Below are positions 26,245 through 32,000 of a stretch of 32,000 nucleotides of DNA, one piece after another. The position numbers were made by a program, and so were the translations under genes. The stretch's first letter is position 1, and each line of letters opens with the position of its first letter. This DNA comes from Dickeya solani IPO 2222. GTDB lineage: Bacteria > Pseudomonadota > Gammaproteobacteria > Enterobacterales > Enterobacteriaceae. Under the pieces are notes generated by a model that did no database searches, was not told the DNA's origin, and worked only from the letters and a program-made list of their open reading frames with translations. The stretch spans positions 600,001 to 632,000 of the forward strand of contig NZ_CP015137.1 of assembly GCF_001644705.1 (NCBI RefSeq). Reading direction: 5' to 3'.

Positions 26245-27444
26245 TTACTTAAAGACTTTTATCGAAGGCAGCGCTTCCCCCTGACAATTAAATAACGCCT
26301 GATTTTCACGCGCGTTGCCCAATTTCCAGTGGTCATTGATATAGCCCATGCCGGCTTCGGTGGCCCAGGTATTTCCCGGCGGCGTTATCCAGGTCGGTTC
26401 CCAATAAAACATGCCTTTACCGCGCTTATTGGGTACATCGATCACGCTTTGCATCAGGTCACGAATAAAATCGGCCTGCCCTTGCACGCTGGCGGGGTAA
26501 CCGCCCGCCGCCGCTTCCTCGGCGCCAAAGCTGTTTTCGGCGTTGTCGCAGTTAGCCAGGGTATAGCCGTAGGCGGCCTCAACCACGATCACATCTTTGT
26601 TGTAGCGCTGGCTGATGTCGTCCATGTTGGCCTTCAGCGCGCTGATCGGGCCGTTCCAGTAGGTGTACATCGACAGACCAATCACATCGAACGGCACGCC
26701 GCGTTTGGTGATTTCATCAAACCACCAGCGGAAAGTGTCGTTCTTGGTGCCTTCCGCCAGATGCAGCATGATCTTGACCTGCCCCGGCGAACTGAGGTTT
26801 TCACGCAAGCCGGCGATCGCCGCAGTCAGCAGGCCGGCCAGCCGGTCAAACTCGCCGCCGCCCTGCCCCCAGCTTTTGCCTTCCGGCCACAGAATGCCGC
26901 CGTTGATCTCATTGCCGATCTGCACCATATCCGGCAGCACCCCTTCCCGCTTGAAACGGGCAATGGTGTCGCGGGTATAGTCATGAATGACAACTTTCAG
27001 TTGATCGTACGATAGATGAGCCCAGGCTTTCGGCTTGAACTGCTTGCCGGGGTCGGTCCAGAAGTCGCTGAACTGAAGGTCCAGCAACAGCTTCATATCT
27101 TGCGCTTTGGCGCGTTTGGCCAGTGTCAACGTGGTTGCCAAATCGTTATCGCCGCCGCCGTAAGGACGTCCGGCGGCATCGCGGGGGTCAACCCACAAAC
27201 GCAGCCGGATATAATTAACGCCATTCTTTTTCAGCAGCGCGACCGGGTCTACGCGCACATGGTTTTCGTCATAAAATATACCGCCCTGACGCTCCACTTC
27301 CAGCAAGGTAGAAATATCCGCGCCCTTGATAAAATCGGCCGGGGCATTGCGCAGTGGTTTTATCACGACAGACTCCGCCGCCATCAGCGGCACGGCGCCC
27401 AGCGCCAGGGAAACAGCCAGTAATGCGGGTATCATCTTTTTCAT
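26245..27444 (-). CDS. ganA: GH53 periplasmic endo-beta-1,4-galactanase
   Basis: Signal peptide MKKMIPALLAVSLALGAVPLMAAES. GH53 blocks: KGADISTLLEVE, VRLRLWVDP, VQIGNEINGG (catalytic NE) and VVEAAYGYT. I prefer the ATG at 27444, which sits 8 nt after AAGGA; the alternative is 27453, which overlaps the ganG stop. Confidence 0.88.
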   Translation of the reverse strand: MKKMIPALLAVSLALGAVPLMAAESVVIKPLRNAPADFIKGADISTLLEVERQGGIFYDENHVRVDPVALLKKNGVNYIRLRLWVDPRDAAGRPYGGGDNDLATTLTLAKRAKAQDMKLLLDLQFSDFWTDPGKQFKPKAWAHLSYDQLKVVIHDYTRDTIARFKREGVLPDMVQIGNEINGGILWPEGKSWGQGGGEFDRLAGLLTAAIAGLRENLSSPGQVKIMLHLAEGTKNDTFRWWFDEITKRGVPFDVIGLSMYTYWNGPISALKANMDDISQRYNKDVIVVEAAYGYTLANCDNAENSFGAEEAAAGGYPASVQGQADFIRDLMQSVIDVPNKRGKGMFYWEPTWITPPGNTWATEAGMGYINDHWKLGNARENQALFNCQGEALPSIKVFK

Positions 27445-27449
27445 GGTGA

Positions 27450-28364
27450 TCATCCTTTGGTACTGCCTGAGGTCAGGCCGGAGACAAAATATTTTTGCAG
27501 CATCAGGTAAAGCAGCGCGACCGGCACGGCAATCAGCACCGCGCCGGCGGCGTAGGTGGTGTAACTGGCGCCCATTTTCTGCGCCACCAGGTTGTACAAG
27601 CCGATGGGTAGGGTGTACTTATCCGGGGTGCGCAGGATGGTGCTGGAGAGAATGAAATCCCCCAGCGGGCCGGTGAAGGAAAACAGCGCCACCACGGCGA
27701 TGATCGGCTTGGACAAGGGGATAATGATTTCAATGAAGATACGAAAATTGCCCGCCCCGTCCATGCGTGCCGATTCGTCAAGCTCGCGGGGAATGGCGTC
27801 CAGATAGCCTTTCATCAAATAGGTGTTCATCGGGATCATGCCGGCGACATAAATCAGCACCAGCGCCAGATGGCTATTGATCAACCCCAGCAGCTGCGAC
27901 AGCACAAAAATGGCGATCAGCGCCGAGAACTGCGGGATCATCTGCAACAACAAAAACAGCATCAGGCCGTTTTGCCGCCCCTTAAAGCGGAAACGGGAAA
28001 ACGCGTAGGCGGTAAAGCTGACGCTTAACAACGTCAGCACCATAGTCAGGAAGCTGATTTTCATCGAGTTCCAGTACCAGGTCAGGTAATTGACCTGACC
28101 GTTGAACAGATCCGCGTAATGCTGAAAGGACGGATTATCCGGAATAATCGAGGTGCTCAGCAGGCTGTTGCCGGCATTGAGCGACGCCCCGACCGTCCAC
28201 ACCAGCGGATAAATGATCACCACGGACACCGCGATGATCACCAGCCAGGATAGCGAAAGCCGAATCGCCTTCTCGCGTTTGATACTTTGACGATTAACAC
28301 CCTGACGATTAACACCCTGACGATTAACGCCCTGACGAGTAATACCCTGAGTCGTCGCCATCAT
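27450..28364 (-). CDS. ganG: MalG-like ABC permease for oligogalactans
   Basis: Six-TM permease with the EAA loop DESARMDGAGNFRIFIEIIIPLSKP. The start MMATTQG at 28364 follows the ganF stop and a GGGGAAA RBS. The ORF-track extension to 28478 overlaps ganF. Confidence 0.85.
   Translation of the reverse strand: MMATTQGITRQGVNRQGVNRQGVNRQSIKREKAIRLSLSWLVIIAVSVVIIYPLVWTVGASLNAGNSLLSTSIIPDNPSFQHYADLFNGQVNYLTWYWNSMKISFLTMVLTLLSVSFTAYAFSRFRFKGRQNGLMLFLLLQMIPQFSALIAIFVLSQLLGLINSHLALVLIYVAGMIPMNTYLMKGYLDAIPRELDESARMDGAGNFRIFIEIIIPLSKPIIAVVALFSFTGPLGDFILSSTILRTPDKYTLPIGLYNLVAQKMGASYTTYAAGAVLIAVPVALLYLMLQKYFVSGLTSGSTKG
28291..28350. repeat. In-frame 15-bp tandem repeat x4 inside the 5' end of ganG
   Basis: CGATTAACACCCTGA x2, then CGATTAACGCCCTGA, then CGAGTAATACCCTGA. 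On the minus strand this encodes TRQGV-NRQGV-NRQGV-NRQ upstream of TM1. Confidence 0.9.
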
Positions 28365-28371
28365 TTTCCCC

Positions 28372-29679
28372 TTACGCCATCTCATCGTTCTTGAACGACC
28401 GGGTCGCCCGGAATTGCCACAGCGCCAGCCCGACGACAAAAATCGACAGCAGGATGGTGATGGTGGCGGCAATCGCATACTGGGACGACGACATCGTCAG
28501 CTTGTAAATCCAGGACACCAGAATGTCGGTGCCCCCGGCATTGGAACCGGCGACGGCGGGGCCGCCGTTGTTGAACAGATAGATGATGTTGAAATTGTTA
28601 AAGTTGAAGGTGTACTGGGTGATGATGATCGGCGCGATGGAGTACAGCACCAGCGGTAACGTGATGGTGCGCAGTTGCGTCCAGCGACTGGCGCCGTCCA
28701 TGGTGGCCGCCTCGTACAGATCGTCCGGAATGGCCTGCAACACGCCGGTGGTCATGGCGAACACAAACGGGAAGCCGAGCCAGGTCTGCATCATGATCAA
28801 CGCCGTTTTGGTCCAGAACGGATCGGTCAGCCAGGCTTTCGGGCTGATGCCCACAGACGCCAGAATGGCATTGTTGATGACGCCGAACGAATCGTTGAAC
28901 ATACCGGCGAACACCAGAATGGTGACAAACCCCGGCACCGCCCACGGCAGAATGAAAATAGTGCGAACCAGCGGTTTAAAGCGCAGGTCTTTCTGGTTAA
29001 CCAGGATCGCCAGCAACACCCCCACCGTGCACTGCAACGTGGTCGCCAACAGCGTCCAGACCACCGTCCACTGCAACACATCGAAAAAGGTCGAGCGCCA
29101 GATGCTGAGGGTAAAAATGCTGACGAAGTTCTTCATTCCGACCCACTCCACCAGTTTGGCGGGCGGCGTGTGGTACAGGTTGTAGTTGGTAAACGCGATG
29201 GCGAAACCGAACAGGATCGGGAAAATCACCACGAACACCAGCAGGATGAACCCCGGGGTAATCATCAGGTAAGGAAAGCCCTCGCTCAGCAGCAGGCGGT
29301 ACTGCTGCCGCACGCTGTTAAGCGCCAGCCCGTCATCCCGCCGTTTGCCATTGCGCCAGGCGTCGTTTATCGACACGGCGTAGATCAGTACGCCAAAGGC
29401 GATGATCAGCAGGCTGATGATCCCTTCCGCCAGCAAGAAGATGGAGTTGTCGCGCGGCACCTCTTCCCCCAGGGTGTATACGCCCCACAGCCCGGTGCGC
29501 AGAAAGTCATGAAACACCCCCAGATAACTGCCGAGCAGTACCAGAAAAATCATGCCTTTCGCCCACTGGCGATGATAAAACTGCCCGCCGCCGGGCAGCA
29601 CCGCGCACAACGCCGCCACCCAGGCGTGGCGCCGGGTGCGCTTTTCCCCGGACAGGGGTTCGCCGGAACTGATAATCAC
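28372..29679 (-). CDS. ganF: MalF-like ABC permease for oligogalactans
   Basis: 435-aa multi-TM protein with the EAA loop EAATMDGASRWTQLRTITLPL. The GTG start is preceded by AAGGAG at 6 nt. Confidence 0.85.
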   Translation of the reverse strand: MIISSGEPLSGEKRTRRHAWVAALCAVLPGGGQFYHRQWAKGMIFLVLLGSYLGVFHDFLRTGLWGVYTLGEEVPRDNSIFLLAEGIISLLIIAFGVLIYAVSINDAWRNGKRRDDGLALNSVRQQYRLLLSEGFPYLMITPGFILLVFVVIFPILFGFAIAFTNYNLYHTPPAKLVEWVGMKNFVSIFTLSIWRSTFFDVLQWTVVWTLLATTLQCTVGVLLAILVNQKDLRFKPLVRTIFILPWAVPGFVTILVFAGMFNDSFGVINNAILASVGISPKAWLTDPFWTKTALIMMQTWLGFPFVFAMTTGVLQAIPDDLYEAATMDGASRWTQLRTITLPLVLYSIAPIIITQYTFNFNNFNIIYLFNNGGPAVAGSNAGGTDILVSWIYKLTMSSSQYAIAATITILLSIFVVGLALWQFRATRSFKNDEMA

Positions 29680-29752
29680 ACGCTGCTCCTTCTAGTCGCG
29701 GGAGGTCGCCCTCCCGCTCGATGTGGCCTACTGCGTTAACGGATGACGGTTA

Positions 29753-31018
29753 TTACTGATTGCTGGCCTGCATCGCCTCGACCTGCATCTTGATTTGCTT
29801 CACGGCGTTATCGAGCGCCGCTTTCGGCTCCTGTTTGCCGGTCATACTCAGCTCCAGCGCCGCGTTGGCCGGCCCCCAGACTTCGCCCATTTCAGGAATG
29901 CCCGGCATCGGCACGGCTCTGGCGGCCTGGATGGCGACCGCACTGGCTTTTTCGTCGTTTTTAATCAGCGGATCGTCAATCATGCTTTTTTGCGGCGGGA
30001 TCTCACCGGTGCGTTGATAGCGAACCTTCACGTAGCGCGGCTGATTGATGAATTCGATAAACCGTTGCGCCAGCGCGTTGTCCTTACTCCAGGTCGATAC
30101 CACATACCCTTTCACGCCAAGGAACGAGCTCATCGGTTTGCCGTCCGGCAGCAGCGGCAGCGGCGCGACACCGTAATGAATGCCGGCGGCTTCGTAAGGC
30201 TGGAACGCCCAGGGGCCGTTGATCACCGCCGCTGCTTTTTTCTCGGTGAACAGCGAATCGATGGCGTTCAGCCCGTTATCGCCGATGATCCCCGCCGGGA
30301 ACAGCTTATCGGCGTAGAATTTGCGCAGCAGCGTCACCGCCTCCACCGCGCCCGGCGTGTTCAGGCCGATATCCAACGGGTTGAGGCCGCTTTTGTCGTT
30401 TTTGTCGTTTTTGTCGTTTTTGCCGGGGTCTTTTTTACCAAAGATGTAGCCGCCCATCGGCCCGATCGCGCCCCAGCTGTAGTAGATCTGATCGAACTTC
30501 GCCAGCAGCCCGAATTTGCTCTGCGCCTGCTGCTGCCGGGAAAAGTCATACCACTCCTGCAGGCTGGCCAGCGGTTTGCTCACCAGATCTTTGTTGTAAA
30601 TCAGCACCAGGGTTTCCACCGCTTTCGGCAGGCCGTAGACCTGGTTGTTCATGCGAAATGCCGCCATCGACGCATCGGTGAAGCTGTCTTGCGCGGCCTT
30701 ATCGAGTTTCAGCGGCGCAATCAGCCCCTGCACCACCGCACCGCCCAGTTGATCGTTGGGGATCACCAGCACATCGGGGCCGATGCCCGCCGGGCCGTCC
30801 AGCCGCAGTTTTTCCAGCTGCTGGGCATACGGCATTTCCTGCAGGTTCACTTTGACGTCGAACTGTTTCTCGAAATCCCCGACGGCATCCTTGATGCCAT
30901 CCGATTTCCGGATATCTTCCCAAACGGTCAGCTGCTGCGCGGCATGTACCGGAAAGGCCACCAGTTGGCCGGCAGCGGTGGCGGAGAGAAGCAGGGCGGT
31001 AAGCGTTTTGGTTTTCAT
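29753..31018 (-). CDS. ganE: MalE-like periplasmic galactan/oligogalactan-binding protein
   Basis: Signal peptide MKTKTLTALLLSATAAGQLVAFPVHAA. MalE-like blocks: LTVWEDIRKSDG, GPDVLVIPNDQLG and INGPWA. The ATG at 31018 has a GAGG RBS, and the ORF-track start at 31045 is an extension. Confidence 0.85.
   Translation of the reverse strand: MKTKTLTALLLSATAAGQLVAFPVHAAQQLTVWEDIRKSDGIKDAVGDFEKQFDVKVNLQEMPYAQQLEKLRLDGPAGIGPDVLVIPNDQLGGAVVQGLIAPLKLDKAAQDSFTDASMAAFRMNNQVYGLPKAVETLVLIYNKDLVSKPLASLQEWYDFSRQQQAQSKFGLLAKFDQIYYSWGAIGPMGGYIFGKKDPGKNDKNDKNDKSGLNPLDIGLNTPGAVEAVTLLRKFYADKLFPAGIIGDNGLNAIDSLFTEKKAAAVINGPWAFQPYEAAGIHYGVAPLPLLPDGKPMSSFLGVKGYVVSTWSKDNALAQRFIEFINQPRYVKVRYQRTGEIPPQKSMIDDPLIKNDEKASAVAIQAARAVPMPGIPEMGEVWGPANAALELSMTGKQEPKAALDNAVKQIKMQVEAMQASNQ
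30392..30418. repeat. In-frame 9-bp tandem repeat x3 (TTTGTCGTT) inside ganE
   Basis: Three perfect copies plus a degenerate fourth (TTTGCCGGG). On the minus strand this encodes GKNDKNDKNDKSG. Confidence 0.9.
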
Positions 31019-31184
31019 TATTGACCTCATGTGAAGGTATAACATTTTTAAGCAAAAAACCTGGCACTTCGCATTAATAAACGCATCATTGCTGATTAAA
31101 TAGGGCTTTAAAGACCCTTCATTCCACCAAAGATGATGTTATACGCTACGCTAAGCATAGGGATATGACGACAGGAAAGTGGCT

Positions 31185-31200
31185 ATTGTGTGATCACAAT
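31185..31200. promoter_or_regulatory. Palindromic operator-like site in the ganE / ganK divergent region
   Basis: ATTGTG-TGAT-CACAAT has 6-bp perfect arms, and the core TGTGATCACA is itself a perfect 10-bp palindrome. The arms match the outer arms of the lac operator (AATTGTG...CACAATT), but the spacer is shorter. Confidence 0.35.
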
Positions 31201-31291
31201 TGCAGAAATGAAACATGCCGATAGGGCGCTAAAAACAAGGTGGTTATAGTCATCTCAACGTAAAATCGCCGTCAGGTTTGCCTACGATATT

Positions 31292-31307
31292 TGTTATACG
31301 TAATACA
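31292..31307. promoter_or_regulatory. LacI-family-type pseudo-palindrome upstream of ganK
   Basis: TGTTATACGTAATACA is 12/16 self-complementary around a central CG. It overlaps the 12-mer ACGTAATACATA (31298-31309), which is also present at 22166-22177 in front of ganL. Confidence 0.35.
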
Positions 31308-31375
31308 TACACTTGTCGGCGCGACCCGGCCCGCCCCTGCGGTCGCCGTATTGATAACCCGTTGAGGAAAAACGG

Positions 31376-32000
31376 ATGTCCAGCATATGCTTAAAAAATG
31401 TCACTAAACGCTTTGGCAAAACTGAAACGCTGCACAATATCAATCTGGATATCCAGGCGGGTGAATTCGCGGTGTTTGTCGGGCCTTCCGGCTGCGGCAA
31501 GTCCACGTTGCTGCGGATGATCGCCGGTTTGGAAGAGGTTAGCGATGGCAAGATTCTGATTGATGACGAAGTGATGAATGACGTCGCGCCGGCCCACCGC
31601 GGCGTGGCGATGGTGTTCCAGTCCTACGCGCTATACCCGCACATGACGGTGGCGGAAAATATGGGTTACGGGCTGAAGGTCAACCACGTACCGAAAGCGG
31701 AGATTCGCCATCAGGTCGAAATGGTCGCCAAAACCTTGCAGTTGTCCCACCTGCTGGACCGCAAGCCTAAACAGCTGTCCGGCGGCCAGCGCCAGCGCGT
31801 CGCCATCGGCCGCGCCATCGTGCGCAACCCGAAAGTGTTCATGTTCGACGAACCGCTCTCCAACCTCGACGCCGAACTGCGGGTCGACATGCGCCTGCAC
31901 ATCGCCAAGCTGCATCAGGAGCTGAAAACCACCATGGTGTATGTCACCCACGACCAGGTGGAGGCGATGACGCTGGCCGACAAAATCGTGGTGATGAACA
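31376..32000 (+). CDS. ganK: MalK/MsmX-type ABC ATPase of the galactan transporter; 3' end beyond the window
   Basis: Absent from the ORF track because no stop is reached. Hand translation from the ATG at 31376 (GAGGA RBS) gives [53 protein letters not shown]...[16 protein letters not shown]...[12 protein letters not shown]...[20 protein letters not shown]. Confidence 0.88.
   Translation, partial: MSSICLKNVTKRFGKTETLHNINLDIQAGEFAVFVGPSGCGKSTLLRMIAGLEEVSDGKILIDDEVMNDVAPAHRGVAMVFQSYALYPHMTVAENMGYGLKVNHVPKAEIRHQVEMVAKTLQLSHLLDRKPKQLSGGQRQRVAIGRAIVRNPKVFMFDEPLSNLDAELRVDMRLHIAKLHQELKTTMVYVTHDQVEAMTLADKIVVMN

Noticed and set aside
31188-31197. TGTGATCACA as a CRP site
   Set aside because: The CRP consensus is TGTGA-N6-TCACA. 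Here the two half-sites abut with no spacer, so a CRP dimer could not bind in the canonical way.
31294-31951. Minus-strand ORFs 31294..31551, 31391..31597, 31631..31951 and 31711..31908
   Set aside because: They are antisense to the unmistakable MalK-like ganK frame that starts at 31376 on the plus strand. ganK is missing from the ORF track only because it has no stop within the window.

Overview
This window looks like a chromosomal segment of a soft-rot Pectobacteriaceae (Dickeya-type) genome, judged from the complete galactan (gan) utilisation locus at 20.8-32 kb. (i) 1-5.1 kb is a visibly AT-richer accessory/defence islet on the minus strand. It holds a MotB/OmpA-like gene running off the left edge (absent from the ORF track), then a 729-aa MotA-like protein with a ~520-aa helical tail; together these form a ZorA/ZorB-type Zorya stator module. 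Next come ~0.9 kb of AT-rich non-coding DNA, a decayed SBD-HNH (McrA-like type IV) restriction nuclease gene with exactly one frameshift and one in-frame TAA, and a frameshifted IS21-family istA remnant. (ii) 5.1-10.8 kb carries core genes: roxA/ycfD, a sigma-28-type promoter plus a YjfB-family small protein, and a LysR-paired redox cluster (azoR, pirin, FAD oxidoreductase). A 4 x ~20-bp tandem repeat lies between azoR and pirin. (iii) 10.9-20.8 kb carries a polar amino-acid ABC transporter and an operon of RraA-family aldolase, aminotransferase, GltP-type symporter and NAD-type glutamate dehydrogenase. Each unit is divergently paired with one of two paralogous 299-aa LysR regulators, which suggests an uncharacterised pathway for a substituted glutamate. 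(iv) 20.8-32 kb carries ganR, ganL, an orphan PTS EIIB(Glc)-like gene, ganB, ganA, ganG, ganF, ganE and divergent ganK (partial). No rRNA, tRNA or CRISPR array was seen. All calls come from reading the sequence and from remembered family signatures; no database search was possible.
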